IMG/VR virus record: IMGVR_UViG_3300010966_000080 | Coordinates: 1-58,999 of that record | Direction: 5' to 3' (one strand) | DNA length: 58,999 bases | From: a virus | Taxonomy: Duplodnaviria; Caudoviricetes | Part shown: one piece after another, positions 1 to 8,412 of the stretch | How the letters are laid out: every line of letters starts with the position of its first letter | Position numbering within the stretch: the stretch's first letter is position 1 | Made by a program: the position numbers and the translations under genes | Notes under the pieces: model-generated | Databases searched by the model: none | What the model was told of the DNA's origin: nothing | What the model saw: the letters and a program-made list of their open reading frames with translations, nothing else

Positions 1-188
1 CCCTCACTGATGATCTCGATGTTGGTGGTCGGCACGGCGTTCGCCCGGCGCTCCCAGATGGTCACCTCGGTGTGCCCGCGCTCGACGCAGTCCTTGGCGG
101 CGGTCACGGCGCTGGCGTAGGTGTCGCGGAAGGTAGTGGCGGTGTCGCCCCACTCGCTGACGCTGGTGACGAGGTAGTTGGCTTTCAT
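1..188 (-). CDS. hypothetical early protein, 3' end runs off the window
   Basis: ATG at 188 after an AAGGA RBS; open frame MKANYLVTSVSEWGDTATTF... to position 1. Confidence 0.6.
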   Translation of the reverse strand, partial: MKANYLVTSVSEWGDTATTFRDTYASAVTAAKDCVERGHTEVTIWERRANAVPTTNIEIISE

Positions 189-192
189 GATT

Positions 193-702
193 TCAGTCCT
201 TTCCGTCGGGGTTGTAAGTCTTCAGGGCCTCGGCGGCCCGCAGTTCGATGAACTGGATCAGTAGCCGGTACTGGTGGCCGTGCGGGCTGTCGCCATGGGT
301 CTCGTCGACCGCCGCTCGGAACTCGTCCAGCGAGCCTGAAAAACAGCCGCGAGTGACGAAAATGGTCCGGTCTTTCTGGAGAGCCCACGTGAGGGTGCCG
401 TTCTCGCTGCCGACACGGTTGTGCCAGCCGAATTGCGCGTCGCCATAGACCCACGCGTCGCCAGAGACCTGCGCGTCGCCGTAGACCCGCGCGTCGCCAG
501 AGACCCGCGCGTTGTCAGAGACCCACGCGTTGTCAGAGACCCACGCGTTGCCATAGACCCGCGAAAGATTGGCCTCGCTTTCGATATAGCCGCCAAGGGC
601 ACCGGCGGTGACGGTGCCGAAGGTGGTTAGAGCCCGAATGCGGAACAGCGTGCGCCCGCAGGGGGTCACCACAGTGTCGTTTTTGATGAGTTCGTACTTC
701 AT
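193..702 (-). CDS. phage protein with hexapeptide (left-handed beta-helix-like) repeats
   Basis: N-terminus MKYELIKNDT...LFRIRAL...GGYIESEANL followed by V(Y/S)(G/D)(N/D)A(W/R/Q) x7; GGAGG RBS. Confidence 0.8.
   Translation of the reverse strand: MKYELIKNDTVVTPCGRTLFRIRALTTFGTVTAGALGGYIESEANLSRVYGNAWVSDNAWVSDNARVSGDARVYGDAQVSGDAWVYGDAQFGWHNRVGSENGTLTWALQKDRTIFVTRGCFSGSLDEFRAAVDETHGDSPHGHQYRLLIQFIELRAAEALKTYNPDGKD
437..562. repeat. 18-bp coding tandem repeat, 7 units
   Basis: GCGT(C/T)G(C/T)C(A/G)(T/G)AGACC(C/T)(A/G)C units read directly. Confidence 0.9.
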
Positions 703-703
703 G

Positions 704-970
704 TCAGTCCTCCAATTCGCGCCGCAGGCCGAGCGCCTCGTCCATCAGGGCGAGGGCCAGCACGCCGAGCGCGGCCACGCGGCGGTCGTGTTCGAGCAGG
801 TCGAGGGCGTGCCGGTCCGGGGCGTTGGGGTAGTCGCGGCCGTGCGGGCGCAGCTCGGACAGGCGGGCCACAACCTCATGCACGGCCCGCCTCGCGTCGA
901 GGCGGCGGTCGATGTGGTTCTGGCGGGTCTCCCCGTTCAGGTTGATGATCGGGCGGATGCGGTAGGCCAT
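704..970 (-). CDS. hypothetical protein
   Basis: 88-aa ORF tightly coupled to neighbours through CTGACATG junctions. Confidence 0.7.
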   Translation of the reverse strand: MAYRIRPIINLNGETRQNHIDRRLDARRAVHEVVARLSELRPHGRDYPNAPDRHALDLLEHDRRVAALGVLALALMDEALGLRRELED

Positions 971-971
971 G

Positions 972-1310
972 TCAGTTCACCCCCGCGAGGCGGCTGCGCG
1001 GGTGCGCGTTGATGTACCGGGTGAAGGCGTCGTCGCCCGACGCCACGAGGTCGTTGAAGGCAGCCCACTGGGCCTCGCTGGGGCCGCTGTAGCCCGAGGC
1101 CTCGGGGACGGCCTCGTCGAGCACGACGGCCTTGCGGGTGTCGTTGAGGACGAAGAGGCCATTGTGCTCGGATCCGACAAGGCCAAAGGCGTCGTAGGCC
1201 CCGGCGATGCCGATGATGAAGTCAGTGCCGTCCACCGTGCGGTGGGCGAGGGCGCCATCCGCGTAGCGGTATTGGCCGATCTTGTTCTTGATGCCGGATG
1301 CGTAGGTCAT
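972..1310 (-). CDS. hypothetical protein
   Basis: 112-aa ORF, GGAG RBS, first gene after the promoter at 1323-1365. Confidence 0.75.
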   Translation of the reverse strand: MTYASGIKNKIGQYRYADGALAHRTVDGTDFIIGIAGAYDAFGLVGSEHNGLFVLNDTRKAVVLDEAVPEASGYSGPSEAQWAAFNDLVASGDDAFTRYINAHPRSRLAGVN

Positions 1311-1322
1311 GTCAGGTACTCC

Positions 1323-1365
1323 GTTGCTGATGAGCTACATATAAGCCCGTCGTCAGACATTGCAA
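1323..1365 (-). promoter_or_regulatory. early promoter/leader, copy 1
   Basis: TTGCAA-N28-ATCAGCAAC-GGAG on the minus strand; same layout as six other sites. Confidence 0.7.
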
Positions 1366-1466
1366 CCCCTGATTTCAAAATAATTGGTGCAACGCGCGAC
1401 TTGTGCTGAATAGGTAAATGTTGCATATGTTGCCGTGCCGCACCGTGCGGCGCAGGAGATACCAAC

Positions 1467-2054
1467 ATGTTCGACAAACAAGGGGATGCGTTGCGAGACG
1501 CGCTGGAGCGCAGGCCGAGGGGCTTGAAGAACGGGGACAACGTGGAGTACGCGGGTCGGAGGTTCACTGTGTTCGCCATCCAGCAGTGGATGGCGGGCGG
1601 AGCCCCACACGCCGTCGGCCTCGTCTGGGGATCGCGGTGCCCCGAGTGCAACAAGCGCTGGCACCAATGCACCAGCACGAGGCCGGGCAGCCTGAGCGAG
1701 GTGTGTCCGGCGTGCGACGTACTCGGCAGTCAGGAGCCGACGCTAGACGCCCGCGTGGCGAAGGAGTTGCTGACCGCCAGCAGGGAGGCGACCGCGTCGG
1801 TGTCCCCGGATCGTGGGGCCAAGCGGCGCGGTCGCGTCGAGGCCCACGTCATCGAGTGCGCGGGGCTGTTCAGTGGGCGAGACGCGATGAAGCTCGACGA
1901 GTTCATCACCACGGTCACCGAAAAGATGCCTGCGCCCGGAGAAGGCGAGCGTGATACCCGCCGCCAGAGGGTCACGAGGGCCGTCGAAACGCTTGGCAAG
2001 GAACAGGGTGGTCCGCTGTTCTTGAAGAACGGTTTAGTCACCTTTACGTTTTGA
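1467..2054 (+). CDS. Zn-finger protein whose C-terminal domain is paralogous to the primase-helicase C-terminus
   Basis: CPEC...CPAC; KRRGRVE.HV...GERDTRRQRVTRA.ETLGKE..GPL shared with 50463..52499; AGGAG RBS. Confidence 0.8.
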   Translation: MFDKQGDALRDALERRPRGLKNGDNVEYAGRRFTVFAIQQWMAGGAPHAVGLVWGSRCPECNKRWHQCTSTRPGSLSEVCPACDVLGSQEPTLDARVAKELLTASREATASVSPDRGAKRRGRVEAHVIECAGLFSGRDAMKLDEFITTVTEKMPAPGEGERDTRRQRVTRAVETLGKEQGGPLFLKNGLVTFTF

Positions 2055-2300
2055 ATGCAACGCTTGCAGAAAATTACACGCGTTGCGTAGGTTTCGAAAT
2101 GCAACTGAAATTCGGCGGATCGTGCAACGCGAGTAAAACACTGGTATTCAAGGCAAAAAGCCAGATTTACAACGCGCAACTTTTTGCAACCCGTTGCGCA
2201 ACGTTGCGCGGTGCAGGCAAATGCAACGGTGGGGTGGGGCTATAGACTATGTCTATGCCCCCCTAGACGTTGCGTTGCACGGGGTCCGTTGCGTTGTAAA
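2055..2300. other. putative replication origin: GCAAC/GTTGC iteron cluster with hairpin
   Basis: Non-coding and AT-richer; about 13 GCAAC/GTTGC copies; hairpin GGGGC-t-ATAGAC-tat-GTCTAT-GCCCC. Confidence 0.5.
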
Positions 2301-2347
2301 TCCGCCGGTTTTCTGTGTGCTGCTGGCCCCACCTCGGACACCCGGCC

Positions 2348-2376
2348 TTGTCGGTCCGCCAGTCCGGTGTTATATC
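2348..2376 (+). promoter_or_regulatory. putative sigma70-type promoter of the packaging/structural operon
   Basis: TTGTCG-17 nt-TATATC upstream of terS. Confidence 0.45.
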
Positions 2377-2419
2377 GGTCGGGACTGGAAGCACTGAGAC
2401 CTTCGGAGCAGGCAGAGCC

Positions 2420-2899
2420 ATGACCGCCAAGAGTACCCGCAAGCCGCGCGCGATGAAGTGCCGGACACCTGAGATCGCCACGCGCATCATCGAGGGGCTG
2501 TGTGACGGCGTGACCATGCGCGCGCTGTGTCGGCAGGAGGGCATGCCGAACTGGCGCACGGTGTACGATTGGCTCGAGCAAGACCCCGACTTCGCCGCAC
2601 AGGTCGCCCGCGCTCGGGATTTGGGCTACGAGGCCCTCGCCGAGGACATCTTCGACATCGCGGACAACACCAAGGCGATCAGCGAGCACGTGCAGGTCTC
2701 CAAGCTGCGCATCGACACGCGCCTCAAGCTGCTGGCCTGCTGGAGCCCCAAGCGCTACGGCCCGAAGCAGACGCTCGACGTCGGGAACAAGGACGGCGAG
2801 AAGCTGCAGGTAGAAAACAGCGCGGACAACATGGCCACCGCAGCGGCCTTCGCCGTGGCCGCCGCCACTGCGATGCGTGACGCCAAGCGCGGCGAGTGA
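2420..2899 (+). CDS. terS: terminase small subunit
   Basis: HTH-like IIEGLCDGVTMRALCRQEGMPNWRTVYDW, A.DI.DIAD and KLRIDTRLKLL...P.RYG (Sf6 gp1-like); directly before terL. Confidence 0.85.
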   Translation: MTAKSTRKPRAMKCRTPEIATRIIEGLCDGVTMRALCRQEGMPNWRTVYDWLEQDPDFAAQVARARDLGYEALAEDIFDIADNTKAISEHVQVSKLRIDTRLKLLACWSPKRYGPKQTLDVGNKDGEKLQVENSADNMATAAAFAVAAATAMRDAKRGE

Positions 2900-5178
2900 A
2901 CCTCAGCGACCATGAAGCACTGAAGCGCCAGCTCGCGGCGCTGCCGCTGGAGGTGCTCGCCTACGTCGACTGGCAGCGCCGGTGGACTGAGACCGCACGC
3001 CCGCCGCAGATCCCGCCCAAGACGGACTGGAGCGAGTGCGGGTACCTCGCCGGGCGGGGGTTCGGGAAGACACGCGTCGGGGCTGAGTGGATCACCCGCG
3101 CGGGTTACGAAGACCCGTCCGGCTTCGACAGTTGCGTCATCGCGCCGACCTATCAGGACGTTAAGATCACGTGCTTTGAGGGCGAGAGCGGGATCCTGTC
3201 CGTCCTGCCGCCGGAGCTACTGGTAGAACACAACAAGACGGACATGGTCATCCGCCTGCGCAACATCGCGGGCGGGGTCAGCACGATCCGTGGCTTCACC
3301 GCCGAGAAGCCGGAGCGACTGCGCGGCCCGCAGCACACGCGAGCGTGGTGTTTTGTCGCCGGGACGCTGGTGGCCACACCGCAAGGCGACGTGCCGATTG
3401 AAACGCTGCGGCCCGGAGACGTTGTGCTCACCCGCAAAGGCGCGCGGCGCGTCTCCGCCAACTCTTGTCGCGAGGCAGAGGTCGGCAGCGTAAAGTTTTC
3501 CACTGGTGCCGTTCTGCTTGGCACGACGGACCATCCCGTGTACACACCGGCTGGGTGGACGGACTTGTCCCGTCTGCGTGTCGGAGACGAAGTATGTGCG
3601 ATAGCTGTGTGGAATGGGGTGGCAAACGGTGGCATCGCTACCGGAACGGGTATTACGAGCGAACTGACAAGTCCGTCACGCCGAAGCGGACTGTCAGGCT
3701 TCATCGAGTTATCTGGGAGAGCGCGAACGGCCATATCCCAGATGGTTGGCAAGTTCACCACCGTGACGAGGACGTTGGGCACAACGCTCTTGCCAACCTT
3801 GAGTGCATCCCGGCTGGCGAGCATCGCCGCATCCATCTGTCGAGCAAACCCATCCCTAAGCCTGACTGGGAGCGGAAGCCGCTTGTCGAGTGCAATTGCG
3901 CCGATTGCGGCACGGCGATCCAACGCAAGCGACCCGGCCCGCAGCCCGTTTGCTCCAAGTGCCAGTGCAAGCGTGCTGAAGCTAGGCGCAAGCGCACCAG
4001 TGTTTGCGCGAACTGCGGCGCGCACTTCCAATCCCGCGCCGGAAACTTCTGCAGCCAGCGTTGCGTCAACTTGGCAACCGCAGGGGCTACAACCCGTGTA
4101 TTGCCTCAAGGTCGAGGGCGAGCCTGAGTACTTCGCCAACGGCATTCTCGTACACAACTGCGACGAGCTGGCCGCGTGGCAGTACGATCAGGACACGTGG
4201 GACATGGCCATGATGGGCATGCGCCTCGGCGAGCGCCCGCAGGTGCTGTGGACGACGACGCCCAAGCCCAAGGAGATGATCCGCAAGCTGAGCGCGCCGA
4301 AGGCGGGGCGCGTCATCATTCGCGGCTCGACCTTCGACAACCGCGCCAACCTGCCGCAGAGCTTCTTCGACCAGCTCGAGCAGTACGAGGGCACCACCCT
4401 CGGTCGCCAAGAGATCTACGGCGAGCTCATCGACCCGGAAGAGAGCGGCATCGTCAAGCGCAGCCAATTCAGGCTGTGGCCCGCCGCGCACCCGCTGCCG
4501 AAGTTCGAGTTCATCGTCATGAGCCTCGACACCGCCTTCACCGAGAAGACCTACGACAAGAAGTCCGGCGACAGCGACAGCACGGCCTGCGTGGTCATGG
4601 GCGTCTTCTTCCACGAGAAGCGCTTCAATGCCATGGTGCTCGACTGCTGGGAGGACCAGCTCGGCATGCCCGCCCTGATCCGGCGCGTGCGTAAGGAAAT
4701 GAACACGCCCTACGGCGACGATGACGACGTGGCGTTGATCAAGCCGCTGTTCGGCTCGAGCAAGCCGCTGACCAGTGGCCACAAGCCTGACGTCCTGCTG
4801 ATCGAGGACAAGGGCAGCGGCATCAGCCTGCGCCAGATGCTCGAGGCCGAGGGCATCGACGCCTACGCGTACAATCCCGGCCGCGCCGACAAGCTGACCC
4901 GCCTGCACATGGTCACGCCCGCACTGTCGCGCAAGCTCGTGTGGCTGCCCGAGAGCGACAAACACCCCGGTCGACCGCGCAACTGGATCGAGCCGATGCT
5001 GGCGCAACTCTGCGCGTTCACCGGTCCGGGGAGCATCAAGCACGACGACTACGTCGACGCCTTTGCGCAGGCGCTCAGGCTCATGATGGACAAACGCTGG
5101 CTTGATCCTGTAAAAGCCAAAAAAGACGAACGCGACACCCCGCCACCCAAGGTGGTGGTCAACCCGTACACGCAGTAG
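2896..5178 (+). CDS. terL: terminase large subunit containing an intein
   Basis: Walker A AGRGFGKT; Walker B AW|CDE split by the intein; TTTPK motif; RNase H-like SLDTA...IEDKGSG...HDDYVDA. Confidence 0.95.
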   Translation: MNLSDHEALKRQLAALPLEVLAYVDWQRRWTETARPPQIPPKTDWSECGYLAGRGFGKTRVGAEWITRAGYEDPSGFDSCVIAPTYQDVKITCFEGESGILSVLPPELLVEHNKTDMVIRLRNIAGGVSTIRGFTAEKPERLRGPQHTRAWCFVAGTLVATPQGDVPIETLRPGDVVLTRKGARRVSANSCREAEVGSVKFSTGAVLLGTTDHPVYTPAGWTDLSRLRVGDEVCAIAVWNGVANGGIATGTGITSELTSPSRRSGLSGFIELSGRARTAISQMVGKFTTVTRTLGTTLLPTLSASRLASIAASICRANPSLSLTGSGSRLSSAIAPIAARRSNASDPARSPFAPSASASVLKLGASAPVFARTAARTSNPAPETSAASVASTWQPQGLQPVYCLKVEGEPEYFANGILVHNCDELAAWQYDQDTWDMAMMGMRLGERPQVLWTTTPKPKEMIRKLSAPKAGRVIIRGSTFDNRANLPQSFFDQLEQYEGTTLGRQEIYGELIDPEESGIVKRSQFRLWPAAHPLPKFEFIVMSLDTAFTEKTYDKKSGDSDSTACVVMGVFFHEKRFNAMVLDCWEDQLGMPALIRRVRKEMNTPYGDDDDVALIKPLFGSSKPLTSGHKPDVLLIEDKGSGISLRQMLEAEGIDAYAYNPGRADKLTRLHMVTPALSRKLVWLPESDKHPGRPRNWIEPMLAQLCAFTGPGSIKHDDYVDAFAQALRLMMDKRWLDPVKAKKDERDTPPPKVVVNPYTQ
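3349..4158 (+). mobile_element. intein (270 aa) in TerL Walker B
   Basis: Block A CFVAGTLVAT, block B GTTDHPVY, block F PVYCLKVEGEPEYFANG, block G ILVHN, +1 Cys; removal restores HTRAWCDELAAW. Confidence 0.93.
3594..4127 (+). CDS. HNH endonuclease with zinc ribbons, nested in another frame inside the intein
   Basis: GGAG-N7-ATG; LHRVIWE...IPDGWQVHHRDED..HNALANLECI...EH..IH; CxxC clusters CADC, CSKC, CANC, FCSQRC. Confidence 0.85.
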   Translation: MCDSCVEWGGKRWHRYRNGYYERTDKSVTPKRTVRLHRVIWESANGHIPDGWQVHHRDEDVGHNALANLECIPAGEHRRIHLSSKPIPKPDWERKPLVECNCADCGTAIQRKRPGPQPVCSKCQCKRAEARRKRTSVCANCGAHFQSRAGNFCSQRCVNLATAGATTRVLPQGRGRA

Positions 5179-5189
5179 GACCACACGCC

Positions 5190-7742
5190 ATGGATGAAGA
5201 CGAATACGGCGAGATCGAGCAGCCCAACGGCGAGCGAGTGGACGACGAGTACGGCGAGATGATCGAGCTGGTGCCCGACGCCGAGCCGGACGTCGAGGAC
5301 ACCGAAGACGGTGGCGCCATCGTGCGCCTCGACGACGAGAGCGAGGCCCGCTCGGACGACTTCTACGCCAACCTCGCCGACGACATGTCCGACAGCGACC
5401 TGTCGACGCTGGCCTCACGCTACGTCGACCTGATCGGCAAGGACAAGGACGCGCGCAAGAAGCGAGACGAGCAGTACGAGGAGGGCATCCGCCGCACCGG
5501 TCTGGGCGAGGACGCGCCCGGCGGCGCGCAGTTCGAAGGCGCGAGCAAGGTCGTGCATCCGATGCTGACCGAGGCCTGTGTCGACTTCGCCAGCCGCGCG
5601 ATCAAGGAGCTCTTCCCGCCCGACGGGCCGGTCCGCGACAAGATCGTCGGCGACGTCACCGGCGAGAAGGTCAAGAAGGCCAAGCGCAAGACCGACTTCA
5701 TGAACTGGCAGCTCACCACCCAGAGCACCGAGTTCCGCGCGGAGCTCGAGCAGCTCCTGACGCAGGTGCCACTGGGCGGCGCGCAGTACCTCAAGGCCTC
5801 GTGGAACGAGCAGCGCAACCGGCCGAACTTCCTGTTCGTCGCCATCGACGACATGTTGCTGCCCTTCGCGGCCACCAACTTCTACAGCGCCCAGCGCAAG
5901 ACCCACGTGCAGTACCTGACGCAGCTCGACTACGAGAAGCGCGTCACCTCCGGCATGTACCGCGACGCCGACATCGGCCCGGCCAGCCAAGAGCCTGAGA
6001 CCAGCATCGTCGAGCGCGCCAACGACAAGATCGAGGGGCGCAGCGCGACCAGCTACAACGAGGACGGCCTGCGCACCGTCTACGAGATCTACACCTTCGA
6101 CGACATCGAGGGCGAGGGGCCGCTGCCCTACATCATCTCCATCGACAAGCCCTCCAACAAGGTGCTCGCGATCTACCGCAACTGGGACGAACTGGACGAG
6201 GCTCAAGAGGAGCTCCAGTGGTTCGTCGAGTTCCCCTTCGTCCCGTGGCGTGGCGCCTACCCCATAGGCCTGCCGCACATGGTCGGGGGACTGTCCGCCG
6301 CCGCGACCGGGGCACTGCGCGCGTTGCTTGATGCGGCTCACATCAGCAACAGCCAGACCATGGTCAAGCTGAAGGGCGGCAGCCGGGGCGGGCAGTCTCT
6401 TGAGATCCAGCCGACCCAGACCGTCGAGATCGAGGGCGGCCTCGCCTCCGACGACATCCGCAAGCTGATCATGCCGCTGCCGTACAATCCGCCGAATGCG
6501 GTACTGTTCAGCCTGCTCGGCTTCCTGATCGACGCGGGTAAGGGTGTCATCCGCACCACGATGGATGACGTCTCGAACTCCAACCCCAACGCCCCGGTCG
6601 GCACGACGCTGGCCAAGCTCGAGCAGGGCATGGTGGTCTACAGCGCCATCCACGCCCGCCTGCACAACTCCATGGCCAAGCTGCTGGGCATCCTGCACCG
6701 CCTGAACGCCATGTACCTCGACGACGAGGAGGAGCAGGAGGAAATCGGCGACGAGATCGCCACCCGCGCCGACTTCGAGGGGCCGCTCGACGTCGTGCCG
6801 GTCAGCGACCCCAACATCTTCAGCGAGGCGCAACGCTTCGCGCAGGTGCAGGCCATCGAGCAGCGCGCGCAGGCGATGCCGCAGATGTACAACCTGCGTA
6901 AGGTCGAGGAGCGCATCCTCGACACGCTGAAAATTCCCAATGCGAAGGAGCTGCTCGCCCCGGCCATCGAGCCGAAGGAGCAGAACGCCGTCAACGAGAA
7001 CGTGGCCGCGACACTGGGCCGGGCCGTGCTGGCCTTCCCCGATCAGGACCACATCGCGCACCTCAAGACGCACCTCGCGTACATGACGAACCCGATATTC
7101 GGCGGCAATCCGCTGATCGCCCCGTCCTACATCCCGCCGATGCTGAACCACATCAAGGAGCACATCGCCCTGTGGTACGCGTCGAGCGTCTTCGACGTGT
7201 CGAACGAGGCCACCGGCGGCGACATCGGCGAGGACATGAAGGCGATGAAGGACGACCCCGAGGGCCGCAAGTCGCTCGACCGCATGCTCGCCGAGGCCGC
7301 GTCGCTGGTCCTCGACCACGGCAACGAGATCTTCAAGGCGCTGCCGCCGGTGATCCAGCAGGCTCAGGCCATGATGCAGCAGCTCGCGCCGCCCCCGCCG
7401 ATGGATCCGACACAGGCCGCCATGCAGGCCGCCCAGCTCCAGAACCAGACGGCGCAGCAGCGGCTGCAGCTCGAGGGGCAGAAGGTCCAGCAGCAGGGCC
7501 AGATCAAGCAGGCCGAGATGCAGCAGGATCAGGCCGAGGCGCAGCAGGAGCTGCAGGCCCGCATGGCGCTGGAGATGCAGCGCCAGAATGCCGAGGACAA
7601 TCGCACCGCAGCCGAGCTGCAGGCGCGCATGGCCATGAACACCGAAGACAATCGGACGGCGCTCGAGTTGGCGTCGGCGGAGATTGCCAGCGGCGAACGA
7701 GTTGCGGTCTCGACAGGGACAGGCATCAACCCCGGAGTGTAA
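5190..7742 (+). CDS. portal protein
   Basis: 850 aa after terL; HPMLTEACVDF, APVGTTLA.LEQ, VVPVSDPNIFS; Q-rich C-terminal coiled coil like the P22 barrel. Confidence 0.88.
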   Translation: MDEDEYGEIEQPNGERVDDEYGEMIELVPDAEPDVEDTEDGGAIVRLDDESEARSDDFYANLADDMSDSDLSTLASRYVDLIGKDKDARKKRDEQYEEGIRRTGLGEDAPGGAQFEGASKVVHPMLTEACVDFASRAIKELFPPDGPVRDKIVGDVTGEKVKKAKRKTDFMNWQLTTQSTEFRAELEQLLTQVPLGGAQYLKASWNEQRNRPNFLFVAIDDMLLPFAATNFYSAQRKTHVQYLTQLDYEKRVTSGMYRDADIGPASQEPETSIVERANDKIEGRSATSYNEDGLRTVYEIYTFDDIEGEGPLPYIISIDKPSNKVLAIYRNWDELDEAQEELQWFVEFPFVPWRGAYPIGLPHMVGGLSAAATGALRALLDAAHISNSQTMVKLKGGSRGGQSLEIQPTQTVEIEGGLASDDIRKLIMPLPYNPPNAVLFSLLGFLIDAGKGVIRTTMDDVSNSNPNAPVGTTLAKLEQGMVVYSAIHARLHNSMAKLLGILHRLNAMYLDDEEEQEEIGDEIATRADFEGPLDVVPVSDPNIFSEAQRFAQVQAIEQRAQAMPQMYNLRKVEERILDTLKIPNAKELLAPAIEPKEQNAVNENVAATLGRAVLAFPDQDHIAHLKTHLAYMTNPIFGGNPLIAPSYIPPMLNHIKEHIALWYASSVFDVSNEATGGDIGEDMKAMKDDPEGRKSLDRMLAEAASLVLDHGNEIFKALPPVIQQAQAMMQQLAPPPPMDPTQAAMQAAQLQNQTAQQRLQLEGQKVQQQGQIKQAEMQQDQAEAQQELQARMALEMQRQNAEDNRTAAELQARMAMNTEDNRTALELASAEIASGERVAVSTGTGINPGV

Positions 7743-7751
7743 GGAGCACAC

Positions 7752-8066
7752 ATGATGGAAGAAAGCGAAGGACTGAAGGCCTCAGAGGCCGAGAGCGCAG
7801 CCAAGGCGGTCGCACCGCGCGTCACACTGGAGGGCATGCAGGACAAGATCGTCGAGGTTGAATACCTCACCAAGGGTATCTTGACGATCTGCGTGCTGGA
7901 AATGGTTAACGGCTTCTTCGTCGTTGGCGAGAGCGCGCCCGCCAGCCCCGCGAACTTCGACAGCGAACTGGGTGAAAAGTTCGCGTACGAGAACGCAATC
8001 CGCCAGTTGTGGAAGCTGGAGGGTTACGCCCTGCGGGAACGGCTCTCTGCCGCTTCTGCCAACTAG
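7752..8066 (+). CDS. Phage_gp49_66-family protein (possible nucleotide-signal sponge)
   Basis: APRVT...LTICVL...NGF.V.GESA.ASP.NFD.ELG...AYENA...LW.LEGY signature. Confidence 0.75.
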   Translation: MMEESEGLKASEAESAAKAVAPRVTLEGMQDKIVEVEYLTKGILTICVLEMVNGFFVVGESAPASPANFDSELGEKFAYENAIRQLWKLEGYALRERLSAASAN

Positions 8067-8075
8067 GAGGCCGAC

Positions 8076-8201
8076 ATGGCAAAAGACGACAAGCCGAAGA
8101 CCAATGAAGTCGCCCAGAAGGGCGAGGCAATCAAGCAACACAAGCTCATGGCCATGGGCACCATGCCCAAGGTGCCGACGTCGCCTAAGACGCCAGCATG
8201 A
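8076..8201 (+). CDS. small hypothetical protein (41 aa)
   Basis: AGGAGG RBS; MAKDDKPK...QHKLMAMG; ATGA overlap with the next gene. Confidence 0.6.
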   Translation: MAKDDKPKTNEVAQKGEAIKQHKLMAMGTMPKVPTSPKTPA

Positions 8202-8392
8202 GAATTGAGATCCTGCTTCAGCGTCTGGAGCAAGCGCAGGCCGATCTGGCCCGCGATGCGCTGAAGCAGCCTCAAGCCCGCGACACGTTCGAGTACGGGC
8301 GCGTCGTCGGCATATACGCCGGGCTGGAACTGGCCAAAAATGTCCTGTTGGACACTGTGGCCGAGAAGGAACGGAAAGACTTCGATCTCTAA
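8198..8392 (+). CDS. hypothetical protein, head module
   Basis: 64-aa helical ORF (FEYGRVVGIYAGL) between portal and GroES. Confidence 0.7.
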   Translation: MRIEILLQRLEQAQADLARDALKQPQARDTFEYGRVVGIYAGLELAKNVLLDTVAEKERKDFDL

Positions 8393-8412
8393 CCCTTGCA
8401 GGAGGAGCACCC

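Noticed and set aside
437-562. 18-bp repeats as a possible CRISPR array
   Set aside because: Contiguous coding repeats without spacers; they encode hexapeptides.
3465-3593. Longer N-terminus for the nested HNH ORF
   Set aside because: No RBS at 3465 and the extension overlaps intein block B; the ATG at 3594 has a well-spaced GGAG.
3153-4157. 334-aa antisense ORF across the intein (possible third coding layer)
   Set aside because: It mirrors the terL frame codon for codon and has no recognisable motif or RBS; such shadows are common in high-GC DNA.
5415-7751. Long antisense ORFs (778 aa here; also 26316-28448, 28445-30061, 47927-49696, 50961-52553)
   Set aside because: Shadow frames of genuine high-GC3 genes with no domain signatures.
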